In this document: in pieces, positions 9,038 through 18,071 of the stretch | How the letters are laid out: each line of letters begins with the position of its first letter | How positions within the stretch are numbered: the first letter of the stretch is position 1 | Position numbers and translations under genes: made by a program | The notes under the pieces: generated by a model | Seen by the model: the letters and a program-made list of their open reading frames with translations, nothing else | Database searches by the model: none | What the model was told of the DNA's origin: nothing | Virus record (IMG/VR): IMGVR_UViG_3300027533_000667 | Span: 1 to 64,000 of that record | Reading direction: 5' to 3' (one strand) | DNA: 64,000 nt | From: a virus | Lineage: Duplodnaviria > Caudoviricetes

Positions 9038-9060
9038 ATTTCCTTTAGGAGATTCATGTT

Positions 9061-9489
9061 ATGAGCAATGTAAAAGTCAAAAAGCAGAAGCCGGAATCAG
9101 AAGAAGAGATCGCTGAAGAATGTGATCACAGCGGATATGCAGGCGTGTGGTATAATGCTGCCTCGTCAGCTGTGAATGCCGGACGCACAGGGCCGGAAGC
9201 AGCGGATATCGCCGATTACATACTAATGGCGTACAATGAGCGTTTTGTCGGAGGTGGTGGCGGCGATGAGAAAGACAAAGAGACAGATGAAACGGAGCAG
9301 GTAGAAGACGACGAAGAAAGCGAAGAGGACGAAGAGGAAGACGAAGCAGACGACGAAGATGAGGATGAGGATGAGGAAGAAGAGGAAGAAGAGGAAGAAG
9401 TAGAACCTACCAAGGAAGCAAAGAAACCACCGGAAGAAAAGAAAGTTGTGGTCAAGCGACCGCCACCGCGAGCCAACCCGCGGAAGTAG
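9061..9489 (+). CDS. Acidic low-complexity protein (E/D tract, basic Pro-rich C-terminus)
   Basis: 142 aa; AGGAG RBS; poly-E tract then KKPPEEKK...RPPPRANPRK. Confidence 0.75.
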   Translation: MSNVKVKKQKPESEEEIAEECDHSGYAGVWYNAASSAVNAGRTGPEAADIADYILMAYNERFVGGGGGDEKDKETDETEQVEDDEESEEDEEEDEADDEDEDEDEEEEEEEEEVEPTKEAKKPPEEKKVVVKRPPPRANPRK

Positions 9490-9602
9490 TCAACCCCTCA
9501 GTCCGTGAATAGATCGTGCCGGAACGGTCGATATACGTCCGTTTCCGGCCCTTTCTCGTTCGACCCGATATAAATCTAAACCCCTCAACATGGAGTATCG
9601 CT

Positions 9603-9887
9603 ATGGAAACCTATGATTCACAGATTGCTTGCAAGGCAATCGAACTGATGCACACCTATGTACACGTCTCGGAAGACGCGTTTGTCCGACCAACGCCGAA
9701 ACTGGCAATGGAGTATTTTGAAGCTAGAATCGAATCGAACATGAGTGAGGTAAAAAGGCTGATGAAGAAAATGGAGGAGCTGAAAGAACTCGACGTGGTA
9801 CTTAAAGATCAGTTTGAAAAAGCAAACATCAACGTCCCAAAAATCCGGGAAGTGTACAGACGACTTGCCGAAGCCCTGTTTGTCTGA
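9603..9887 (+). CDS. Hypothetical coiled-coil protein
   Basis: GGAG RBS before ATG 9603 (track start GTG 9516 less likely). Confidence 0.6.
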   Translation: METYDSQIACKAIELMHTYVHVSEDAFVRPTPKLAMEYFEARIESNMSEVKRLMKKMEELKELDVVLKDQFEKANINVPKIREVYRRLAEALFV

Positions 9888-9926
9888 TACGCAACCATCG
9901 CCCACATCTCTTACCACACACATATC

Positions 9927-10238
9927 ATGCCAAACCAAAACGAAGGAGTTCCAGCTATACCACCGATCCCGCCAAAAGAAACGCCGACTCAAGTATCATA
10001 CATGACTGATTTGGAAATACATTATGGTGATTCTGCTGTGCCTTATATCCCAACAACCGCCATGACTTTGCCTGATTTCTTTCTTAGTTTGGCAGCTATG
10101 TTCGAGTCGCCTGAATACGAAAGCCGGTCGGAGAAGAATCCGAACAACCGATTGTCGTTTGAAATGATTATGAATAACTGCACTGTCTTTGCCAGCGAAT
10201 TGGGATGGGATATTGCAAATGCCAAATGGGGAGGATAA
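9927..10238 (+). CDS. Hypothetical protein
   Basis: Fills the gap; abuts the next gene. Confidence 0.55.
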   Translation: MPNQNEGVPAIPPIPPKETPTQVSYMTDLEIHYGDSAVPYIPTTAMTLPDFFLSLAAMFESPEYESRSEKNPNNRLSFEMIMNNCTVFASELGWDIANAKWGG

Positions 10239-10691
10239 ATGGACAGTTATACAATCACAATCAATTGCGTTGATGATAGTGTAATGGAATTCAAATCAGC
10301 GGATGCGTCTGCTGTTTACGACTATCTGAAATGCCACGATCACGAAGGATCGGCGATTACTCTCAAGATCGAGAAGCATGATCCAGACATGATATATGGA
10401 TTCTTTCAAGGCATGATATCGAAACCCAAAGAATCCGCGCAGGCTCCTATCAAAAAGAAAGTCGCTAAAGGCAATTCATCCGAATGGTGTCACTTCGATG
10501 TTACCGAAATCGAAGCGACATCCAAAAAGGCAATCAGAATGATTTTGAAAAGCAATGGCAGAGGATATTGGGTTCCACGTAAGCTTGTAAGCGACGGTGA
10601 TGACTTCGACAAAGGCGATAAGGACTGTACCGTGTCGGTGAAACGGTTCTTTTGCGAGAAGGAAGGGTTCGATCAATTCGCGGAGGATTAA
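10239..10691 (+). CDS. Hypothetical phage protein
   Basis: GGAGG RBS; C-terminal TSKKAI...WVPRKLV segment typical of small phage beta-barrel proteins. Confidence 0.65.
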   Translation: MDSYTITINCVDDSVMEFKSADASAVYDYLKCHDHEGSAITLKIEKHDPDMIYGFFQGMISKPKESAQAPIKKKVAKGNSSEWCHFDVTEIEATSKKAIRMILKSNGRGYWVPRKLVSDGDDFDKGDKDCTVSVKRFFCEKEGFDQFAED

Positions 10692-10707
10692 CCACAGAGG
10701 ACACAAA

Positions 10708-11781
10708 ATGCCAATAAAACTAAACCGTGAAGATTTCCTTCGGCGAATGGAGATCGTGCAGCCTGGATTGACGCCTACAGAAGTGGTCGATCAATCCAAT
10801 TGCCTTGTCTTCAAAAAGGGCAAGGTGTATACCTACAATGATGAGGTCGCTTGCATCACCAAATCCAAACTACCAACTAGTGTGACTGCGGCTGTTTCTG
10901 CTGGTCCGATATTTGCCATGTTGAGTAAGTACAAAGAAGAGTACATCCAGATTCGATTAACCAAAAGCAGGATGTACATTCAAGGCAAAGGCCGAGAGTC
11001 TTGGATTGCTCTGGATCAAGAGATTACCCTAGGTATAGACAATGTGGATTTGCCGGACAAGGATAATTGGCAAAAGATCAATCCGGAATTCACCGAGGCT
11101 GTTGCGCTTGTTCAAGAATGTGCCAGCAAGAAAGAGGATGAATCGTTTGCACTCACTTGCATCAACATTCACCCCAAATGGATTGAAGCCGGCGACAACG
11201 ATCAGATAACAAGATACCGGCTAAAAACCGGATTGAAAAAATCAGTCTGCATCAAACGAAATGCGCTCAAGCACATCATTCCATTCGCACCAACAGAAAT
11301 GGCTGTCACCAAAACCTGGCTGCATTTCCGCAACGCCGATGTTAGCATGTCTTGCCGACTGTGGTACGAGCAATATCCAAACTGGTCGCCATACTTTGAC
11401 ATTGAAGGCAAAAAGACAGCACTGCCAAAAGGATTGGTCGAAGCGTGTGATAAAGCCAAATACTTCTCCCAGCAGAATGAACATGATTGGGTAAAAATCA
11501 CGATCCGACCAAATGGCAAGTTGTGGTTGGAAGCTGATGGTGTGTCTGGCGGACATCGGGAAAAGAAGAAGCTGAATTACTCTGGCAAGAAACTAATATT
11601 CTTCATCGGCCCTACGCTGCTAAGTGAAATTGTAAAGAAGCATAATGAGTGTATCCTGTCGAAAACTGCCATGATGATCGACGGGGGAAAATGGAAATTC
11701 GTGGCAAGTTTGGAGTTGTCTGATGGAAAACAACGAGAAGAAGGAAGTAACGCTGGAGGAAGCACAGACGAAGGCGATTGA
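10708..11781 (+). CDS. dnaN: DNA polymerase III beta-type sliding clamp
   Basis: 357 aa; N-terminus IKLNREDFLRRMEIV...SNCLVF; ALTCINI and three-domain length fit the beta clamp. Confidence 0.75.
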   Translation: MPIKLNREDFLRRMEIVQPGLTPTEVVDQSNCLVFKKGKVYTYNDEVACITKSKLPTSVTAAVSAGPIFAMLSKYKEEYIQIRLTKSRMYIQGKGRESWIALDQEITLGIDNVDLPDKDNWQKINPEFTEAVALVQECASKKEDESFALTCINIHPKWIEAGDNDQITRYRLKTGLKKSVCIKRNALKHIIPFAPTEMAVTKTWLHFRNADVSMSCRLWYEQYPNWSPYFDIEGKKTALPKGLVEACDKAKYFSQQNEHDWVKITIRPNGKLWLEADGVSGGHREKKKLNYSGKKLIFFIGPTLLSEIVKKHNECILSKTAMMIDGGKWKFVASLELSDGKQREEGSNAGGSTDEGD

Positions 11782-11941
11782 TGCGATGAAAAATCATCCT
11801 ATGTGGCCGGCATTCAGGGAAGCTTACCACAAAGAAACGGACGTCTATCCAGAGAAGACAACAGTCCTTGCCTTGATTCCAATTTACTGGCGAATCTTTC
11901 TCGCCGGTGCCGAAACGCGAAAGGAAAAATGGAATGAGTGA
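11723..11941 (+). CDS. Hypothetical protein
   Basis: Short ORF overlapping the clamp 3' end. Confidence 0.5.
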   Translation: MENNEKKEVTLEEAQTKAIDAMKNHPMWPAFREAYHKETDVYPEKTTVLALIPIYWRIFLAGAETRKEKWNE

Positions 11942-12073
11942 TGCCAACAAAGATGCAAAAGAGTTGGAACGCTACAAAAAAAGGCGAGCGGAGAATACCA
12001 GATTTGGCAAGGCCCTCGCTGAATATTTTTATTTCGAGTGCCTCAAGAGACTCAATCGAGAAAGGAAAAAGAA

Positions 12074-12679
12074 ATGATTCGAGTGCTGCCATTGTGGAAC
12101 CGGCAATCGTATATAAGGGCAAAGTGCCCAGTGATCCCGACCGTATCAAAATCAAAGCAGTACCGAGAACTCAGTCCATTCCATCTTGGGCCATGCAAGT
12201 TGTACAAGAATGAATGGTCGCGAATCATGGAAAACGCTTGGCAGTATTCCAAGCTGTACGAAGTACATGCTGATGGGCTAGCGTTCACAGAAGCGTATTG
12301 GGATTGGGCACATCAGGGTTGGCAGAATCCAAACGCCGTGCGATATCCGATGGGAAGGAATAGAAAACCGCTAGGGTCAGTCTGGTGGGATGGTTTCAAG
12401 TTTCATTTGCTGGGATACATTAGTGCGAGAAAAACTATCTACGGACCCCTGTATGCCGAGGCCGTGCAAAAGACCAGGACATTCGCCAAATTACAAGAGT
12501 TGTACGAAAAGGAAGGCGAATTGATTCTGCTGGATTACGATGCTTACGATCATCGTGAATTGAATATGTCGCTCATTGATGTTTTGAACGAACCGAACAA
12601 AAAAATGGGGCATGCTTTTGTCTTAGCTATGCTTTTAACCAAGGATAAAGCACTCAAACAAATGGAGCTTCGACCATGA
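12074..12679 (+). CDS. DUF6939-like protein with a NADAR-like motif
   Basis: LSPF, MENAWQYSK, LGYISARKTIYGPLY, LLDYD, GHAFVLA; RBS before ATG 12074. Confidence 0.55.
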   Translation: MIRVLPLWNRQSYIRAKCPVIPTVSKSKQYRELSPFHLGPCKLYKNEWSRIMENAWQYSKLYEVHADGLAFTEAYWDWAHQGWQNPNAVRYPMGRNRKPLGSVWWDGFKFHLLGYISARKTIYGPLYAEAVQKTRTFAKLQELYEKEGELILLDYDAYDHRELNMSLIDVLNEPNKKMGHAFVLAMLLTKDKALKQMELRP

Positions 12680-13365
12680 CCAACCTATCGACGGCGGAAA
12701 TCGAGGCGATGAAGGCGGAATGGAAATCGATGGATAACTTCATCTTTGCCGAGCGGTATCCAGACAAGTGGATTGATTCCGCTCGCACCGATCTCCCCCG
12801 TCTCGCCGACGAGTGCCTGCGGCTGCGGGAGGAGAACGAGCGGTTGAATAGGTCACTCGTGGAAACTCTTGCGAGAATTACAATACTGGCCGAAGGCGAC
12901 GAGCCTGATGGCGAACCATTTCTTCCGACGGTGGCAGAAGAATCAGTGCGATTGCACGTCAGAAAATATAAGTCCGACCTCGCCGCGGCACGGGCGGAAT
13001 TGGAGGCAATCAAGCGAGGTGGCATGGGACGCTGCGAAGGATGTCACGGAACTGGCAAAGTTGAATTGACTAGCGTCCACGTGCCAAACGGCGTCCTGAC
13101 TTTGTGCGATCGGTGTCTCAACGCTGTGAATCGAAAGAACCCGAGACTGGCAGACCTCGAAACGCAACTGGCGGCGTGCCGGGAGAGCGAAAAAGGATTA
13201 GCCGGAATCGCTGTCGAAGCTGCGATTCCGCTTGAAGTGATTGTCGCCAGCGAACAGGCGCAAGGTCAGATTCGTGACATTTGCCCGTCTCTTAGGAAGC
13301 AGATATACGATGTCGTTGAAAAGATTCGCCATGCCGCCGCCGTGCTCGCGAAGGGGACAACATGA
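12676..13365 (+). CDS. Coiled-coil protein with CxxCxGxG zinc finger
   Basis: CEGCHGTGKV...CDRC; first gene of the GC-rich cassette. Confidence 0.6.
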   Translation: MTNLSTAEIEAMKAEWKSMDNFIFAERYPDKWIDSARTDLPRLADECLRLREENERLNRSLVETLARITILAEGDEPDGEPFLPTVAEESVRLHVRKYKSDLAAARAELEAIKRGGMGRCEGCHGTGKVELTSVHVPNGVLTLCDRCLNAVNRKNPRLADLETQLAACRESEKGLAGIAVEAAIPLEVIVASEQAQGQIRDICPSLRKQIYDVVEKIRHAAAVLAKGTT

Positions 13366-13595
13366 TTCGATTAATACGAAGATGGGTCGGCTATGAAGCC
13401 GGATACGAAGCGTGTCGTGCTAGGTGCGCTGAAATTATCGAGGATATCATGCGAGACGAGATGTTCTCGCCGCTAGAAAAACACAATATCGGTCGTACCG
13501 TCGGAAACCTGTTTCTAACGGCGATATTGGTTGACCGTAATCCTAATCGTGTGCTCGCGGCCGCGAAGGGAGGGAACAATGCCACGAACTCGTAA
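13362..13595 (+). CDS. Hypothetical protein
   Basis: ATGA overlap. Confidence 0.55.
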   Translation: MIRLIRRWVGYEAGYEACRARCAEIIEDIMRDEMFSPLEKHNIGRTVGNLFLTAILVDRNPNRVLAAAKGGNNATNS

Positions 13596-13776
13596 GCATA
13601 AGGGCCGCAGCCAAAGCGGACGACTAAGCGATCCACCAGACTCAACCGTATGTTGTTTCTGCGAACAGAAAAAGCCAAAGATGGTTGTCGTGCAGATTTG
13701 TGGTACGAATCGCTGTTGGCCAGCGTGTAAGGAATGCCGGAAAGCCTACAGCGGAAGATGGAAATACCCAAGATGA
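13579..13776 (+). CDS. Small Cys-rich (CCFC...CKEC) protein
   Basis: GGGAGG RBS before ATG 13579. Confidence 0.55.
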   Translation: MPRTRKHKGRSQSGRLSDPPDSTVCCFCEQKKPKMVVVQICGTNRCWPACKECRKAYSGRWKYPR

Positions 13777-13812
13777 CTAACCACTCGCCGCGGCGGGCAA
13801 GGAGACGAAGGG

Positions 13813-13968
13813 ATGAAATCATGGCTCGACCTGCTCCATCTCCACGACCGCGTGTGGCGCTGCTACCGCTGGTCGTTCGCAAAGCGCCGACGGATTTGTC
13901 AGTCGATCCACGAGCGGATGATCCGAGTCCATTTGGAAGACGCCGAGAAACGAAAGGTGACGTCATGA
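13813..13968 (+). CDS. Hypothetical 51-aa protein; not in the track
   Basis: MKSWLDLLHLHDRVWRCYRWSFAKRRRICQSIHERMIRVHLEDAEKRKVTS; its stop overlaps ATG 13965. Confidence 0.45.
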   Translation: MKSWLDLLHLHDRVWRCYRWSFAKRRRICQSIHERMIRVHLEDAEKRKVTS

Positions 13969-14336
13969 CCGACGCCGAACTGCGAGAGCGAGTTAAAAGT
14001 TCTCTGGAGCATTCGACACACGATGCTTACGTTCACGAAGCCGCTCACCGCTGGCTCGAAATGACGCGGGCTGACGACGGGGAGGCGATTGATGAGGCGT
14101 TCCTGCTCTCAATTGAATTCAGTAAGGACGACACGAATGGCGACGTTGCCTATTGGACGTACTGCGATCCACCAGAAAACTTGTGGGTCGGACAAGTAGA
14201 GAAAACCAAGGACTGGCACGTTTGGCTCGCCAGCCCGGACGAGATCGTTGTCACGTTCCAAAGAGAGTACAGAACTCGCGGCCATCTTCGTCATCTCTGC
14301 AAATCGTTAGGCATCGAACTGAAGGAGACGCCGTGA
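13965..14336 (+). CDS. Hypothetical protein
   Basis: Start moved to MTDAELRERV after an AAGG RBS. Confidence 0.6.
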   Translation: MTDAELRERVKSSLEHSTHDAYVHEAAHRWLEMTRADDGEAIDEAFLLSIEFSKDDTNGDVAYWTYCDPPENLWVGQVEKTKDWHVWLASPDEIVVTFQREYRTRGHLRHLCKSLGIELKETP

Positions 14337-14671
14337 CCATCGACGACATGACAGCCGATGAGTTCGAGCGGGAAGTGGAGCAGCATCAAGCACCACACCA
14401 CGCTTTTTGGGTTCAGGTCCGACGTGATATATACGACCGTCTCGTCCGCGAGCGGAAGGAGCGGGGCGAGCGATTGAAAGAGCGTGATAGATTAGTTGAT
14501 CGAGTTGTTTTAATGGAGGAACGTCTTACGAAGTCAGAAAAAGATTGCGACTCGCTCGCCGCACAACTCGCCGAGGCGAAGGCGGAGGTCGAGCGATGGG
14601 AAAAGACCGCTGAGAACACCTCAATTTGCCAGGGGTGCGGCGAGGACAAAGGGGACTGTGTTTGCAACTAA
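14333..14671 (+). CDS. Coiled-coil protein with C-terminal CxxC...CxC
   Basis: GTGA overlap, AAGGAG RBS. Confidence 0.6.
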   Translation: MTIDDMTADEFEREVEQHQAPHHAFWVQVRRDIYDRLVRERKERGERLKERDRLVDRVVLMEERLTKSEKDCDSLAAQLAEAKAEVERWEKTAENTSICQGCGEDKGDCVCN

Positions 14672-14698
14672 CCATCGGCCTCGGGCCGGGAGCGAGAC

Positions 14699-15142
14699 GT
14701 GAGCGAGCATCGAATCGAATTCGTTGGCCAACAATCAGGCGACATGGAATGTTTCTGTTTTGAGGTTGACCTTGAAACATATAGAAGACTCGAAAAGCGT
14801 GAACCGGATTATTACGACATGTGTGGTCGGAGCGATCCATTTGAGCCGGACGGCTGGAAGCCCGATCCGTCGGCTTTGTATCGCTACTACCCGGATTTTG
14901 GTGAGCAAAAAGATAAACCGATCCACGTTCGGATTGCAACTAGCGACGAACCGATTCCTGAAGACGCGGTGACGAAGTTGGTGGCGGCGGCGAGACTTGC
15001 CGAACCGCTCTTGGATGAGGCGTCCAAGATGGCACCGTGCAAACCGGACTGCGGGTGTTGCCTGGAAATCATTAAGGATCGGCAAGAGGCGTTTGAGAGC
15101 ATTCGTGCCGCCCTCGCCGCATTCCCGGATACGACATCATGA
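14699..15142 (+). CDS. Hypothetical protein
   Basis: GTG start, coupled to the next gene. Confidence 0.6.
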   Translation: MSEHRIEFVGQQSGDMECFCFEVDLETYRRLEKREPDYYDMCGRSDPFEPDGWKPDPSALYRYYPDFGEQKDKPIHVRIATSDEPIPEDAVTKLVAAARLAEPLLDEASKMAPCKPDCGCCLEIIKDRQEAFESIRAALAAFPDTTS

Positions 15143-15330
15143 CCTGCCCGAAGTGCAAATCGCCGAACGCCCACCGCCGTAGCGGCGTCCATTTCGATCA
15201 TGAGTATCGTTGCGGCGAATGCGGGTTCGTGTGGGAGCCGTGCCATAAGTGCGGAATGCCGGCGGCAAAAGATGATTTGTTTTGTGCGGAGTGCCGAGAA
15301 TCTGTGCATAGAGAGGAGAAGCGAACATGA
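15139..15330 (+). CDS. Double zinc-ribbon protein
   Basis: CPKC, CGEC, CHKC, CAEC. Confidence 0.65.
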   Translation: MTCPKCKSPNAHRRSGVHFDHEYRCGECGFVWEPCHKCGMPAAKDDLFCAECRESVHREEKRT

Positions 15331-15554
15331 CGCCAGCGGAACAGGCGGCGAAGGAATACGCCGACAACCAGACCGACGTGCAGCCGTACCACAAAGGGTT
15401 GAGGTTGGCCTTCCTCGCCGGCGCAGCGTGGCAGCGTGAGGAAAGCAAACCAAAGCCGGCGTCGCATCCTTGCCGATGTTCGAAGTGTGACCATCTTTTT
15501 GAATCGACCGAGTATCCGTCGCCGTGTCCAAAATGTAGGCATGTGTGGACGTGA
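15327..15554 (+). CDS. Small zinc-ribbon protein
   Basis: CSKC...CPKC; ATGA overlap. Confidence 0.6.
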   Translation: MTPAEQAAKEYADNQTDVQPYHKGLRLAFLAGAAWQREESKPKPASHPCRCSKCDHLFESTEYPSPCPKCRHVWT

Positions 15555-15576
15555 TCCGCGACGAAGGGAGGGCGGG

Positions 15577-15948
15577 GTGAAAGTCATCATTGCTGGTTCG
15601 CGAGATGCGCCCAAGCACGTCCTTGATTGCTTGGCGTTTGTGATCGACCAACTCATCAACAAGCGCTGGGAAATCGATGAGATTGTATCAGGCGGATGCG
15701 CCGGACCGGACATGGCCGGCGAAGATTGGGCCATAGTCTACGGCGTCCCGGTGAAGCGGTTCGATGCCGACTGGAAGAAACACGGCAAGGCGGCAGGACC
15801 GATTCGCAATCGCGAGATGGCAGACTACGCCGATGCCGCGGTTGTGATTTGGGACGGCAAGAGTCGCGGCAGCAAAAACATGATCGACGAGATGAAGAAA
15901 CGCGGCAAACCTGTTGAGGTCGTTATATTCGGAGCGAAGCCAGCATGA
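15577..15948 (+). CDS. SLOG-superfamily protein (YspA/DUF2493-like)
   Basis: KVIIAGSR, EIVSGGCAGPD, ADWKKHGKAAGPIRNREMA, WDGKSRGSKNMI. Confidence 0.85.
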   Translation: MKVIIAGSRDAPKHVLDCLAFVIDQLINKRWEIDEIVSGGCAGPDMAGEDWAIVYGVPVKRFDADWKKHGKAAGPIRNREMADYADAAVVIWDGKSRGSKNMIDEMKKRGKPVEVVIFGAKPA

Positions 15949-16796
15949 CCGCCATCTCCTCCGACTGCGACGCCCTTCTCCGAGCGATCCTCGAAGCGCC
16001 GCGCGATGATGCGCCGCGGCTCGTCATGGCGGATTGGCTGCAAGAGCACGCCAGGGAGGTTGAGTGCGAGCGGTGCGAGGGAGGAACTCTCAGCGTTTGG
16101 GAAGAACACTCGCACCAATTTTGCCCTAAGTGCTCCTGCTCCGGCCGCGTGTCGAACGGCTTGGCGGAACGGGCCGAGTTTATTCGCGTGGGGGTGGAGC
16201 TGGCTAGAACGCCGGACCACGAGTACGGCATGATCACTTACGAAGATTCCGTCTACGGCGGCACAGTCACGCAAAGCAACGTTAAGTATGCCGACCGAAG
16301 ATTGGAGTTAGAAGCACGTTCGCGTGGACTCTTGGACACTCACGGCGAGCGCTGGACGATGGATGATCTTAAGAAGCCGTGCGGGTATCGGAATGACGAT
16401 AGTTTTGAGGTACGATTGGACAGAGAAAGCGGACCATCTTGGGTTGAATATTCACGCGGCTACATCTCAGCAATTACCCTCTCCGCCGACGATTTCGAAC
16501 GGCACGCGGAGGCGATCTTCAGGCGGGTGCCGGTGGAGCGGGTGACGCTGTCGGACAAGAGGCCGTATTGGAACGGCGGCGGATATTGCTGGTATGACCA
16601 TGAGCGTGGAAACCATAGCCAATCTGTACCAGCGACTGCAAACATTCCAAGAGATTTGTTCAATGGATTGTCAAGAGTCAAATATCAGTTAAATCGGTGG
16701 GAGTCTTTCGCCTCCGAACCAGTCGCGCACGCCGCCCTCTCCGCCGCGCTCGTGAAAGTGGGGCGGCAGCGGACGGGACTGCCAATCCAAAAATAG
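15945..16796 (+). CDS. TIGR02996 repeat-companion domain protein with inserted zinc finger and no LRR array
   Basis: ALLRAILEAPRDDAPRLVMADWLQEH...RAEFIRVGVELA and RGYISAITL...AEAIFRRVPVERVTL. Confidence 0.85.
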   Translation: MTAISSDCDALLRAILEAPRDDAPRLVMADWLQEHAREVECERCEGGTLSVWEEHSHQFCPKCSCSGRVSNGLAERAEFIRVGVELARTPDHEYGMITYEDSVYGGTVTQSNVKYADRRLELEARSRGLLDTHGERWTMDDLKKPCGYRNDDSFEVRLDRESGPSWVEYSRGYISAITLSADDFERHAEAIFRRVPVERVTLSDKRPYWNGGGYCWYDHERGNHSQSVPATANIPRDLFNGLSRVKYQLNRWESFASEPVAHAALSAALVKVGRQRTGLPIQK

Positions 16797-16811
16797 AATG
16801 GAGATAATGCC

Positions 16812-17555
16812 GTGTTTCTTCGGCCGTTTTTCAGCTTTTACGGTTCTAAATATCAGGCGTGTAGACAAAGGCTATATCCATCCCCACTGCATTCTACAAT
16901 CGTAGAGCCGTTTGCCGGAGCAGCTGGATACTCCGTCAACAACTTTCGTCGTAATGTAGTGCTATTCGACATTGATCCGATCATATACGGCATTTGGCAT
17001 TATCTGATTCACGTCAAGGCAAGTGAAATAAGAGCATTGCCAAAGACAATCGAATGCGTTGACGACGTTCGAGCGCCGCAAGAAGCGTTGTGGCTGATCG
17101 GATTCTGGTTGGGCAGAGGCGGGTCTTCTCCTAGAAGCAAACCTACGCCTTGGATGAAGAATAGATTGTCCGGTCAGAATTTCTATTGGGGTGATTATGT
17201 CAGAGGCATGATCGCTCATCAACTCAAATACATTAGGCATTGGAAAGTATATCATGCCTCATACAAATTGTGTCATAACAGAGAAGCATCATGGTACATC
17301 GACCCGCCTTATCAGAATCCAGCAGGCCGTCATTACAAACACAATAAGATCGACTTCGATCATCTAGGTGATTGGTGCCGTAGAAGAAAGGGGCAGGTTA
17401 TAGTATGTGAGGGCAGAGACGCTGATTGGCTGCCGTTCCGACCTTTGAAGAAACTGAATGCAACTGTCAAGAAAGGCGGAGTCAGCAAAAAGAGTCAGGA
17501 AGTGGTTTGGATCAAAACAGATAGGCATACGGGTTTCAAAAACTTGTGGCTTTGA
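16812..17555 (+). CDS. Dam-like (alpha class) DNA adenine methyltransferase
   Basis: RPFFSFYGSKY, VEPFAGAAGYS, YIDPPY. Confidence 0.8.
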   Translation: MFLRPFFSFYGSKYQACRQRLYPSPLHSTIVEPFAGAAGYSVNNFRRNVVLFDIDPIIYGIWHYLIHVKASEIRALPKTIECVDDVRAPQEALWLIGFWLGRGGSSPRSKPTPWMKNRLSGQNFYWGDYVRGMIAHQLKYIRHWKVYHASYKLCHNREASWYIDPPYQNPAGRHYKHNKIDFDHLGDWCRRRKGQVIVCEGRDADWLPFRPLKKLNATVKKGGVSKKSQEVVWIKTDRHTGFKNLWL

Positions 17556-17575
17556 GAATGCAAAGGAGCAATAAC

Positions 17576-18070
17576 ATGAGCGATCATTCAGACGAAGAGA
17601 TCAGCAAGGAAATAGGACCAGCATCACGAGTCGTCGGTGAAAGAATCGAAGAATTTATTTTTGGCGGTGGCGTGAGTTACGAATTCATCAACATGCCTGG
17701 TACGGAACCAAGGAAGGCTTTGTGTTATTACGTGCCTAATGGACTGGCAGATTTGTTCACAGAACGAGGAATCTGTGATTTGATTTGGAAGTTCATTGCC
17801 GAGTTTAGTCACAGAGAAATCAAAACCATTTCAGCATATTCAGCCCACTCAGATCGTGAAGGATTCACAGCATTCTTCCATCCGTCCATGAAACCAGAAG
17901 ATCAAGAGCCGTTCATTGCCATGTTGGAAGAACGCAAAGCCGGAATGTTGGCAAGATTTCCAACGAGTGTTTTGGAATTGGAATTGGTGAAACGAGCAAA
18001 TGATCATAACTGCATAGCCAACATTTCATACACAACAAAAACACCGCCGTCAGACAAATGGAGAGAGTGA
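17576..18070 (+). CDS. Hypothetical protein
   Basis: AAGGAG RBS before ATG 17576. Confidence 0.6.
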   Translation: MSDHSDEEISKEIGPASRVVGERIEEFIFGGGVSYEFINMPGTEPRKALCYYVPNGLADLFTERGICDLIWKFIAEFSHREIKTISAYSAHSDREGFTAFFHPSMKPEDQEPFIAMLEERKAGMLARFPTSVLELELVKRANDHNCIANISYTTKTPPSDKWRE

Positions 18071-18071
18071 A

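Noticed and set aside
9490-9600. Imperfect hairpin CCGGAACGG...CCGTTTCCGG and duplicated AACCCCTCA as a possible ncRNA
   Set aside because: No recognisable RNA family motif; could be an ordinary promoter or terminator region.
13391-16274. Long minus-strand ORFs in the GC-rich cassette (13391-13966, 14887-15651, 15198-15734, 15825-16274)
   Set aside because: Expected in high-GC DNA with few stop codons; the + strand genes tile the region with coupled start/stop junctions.
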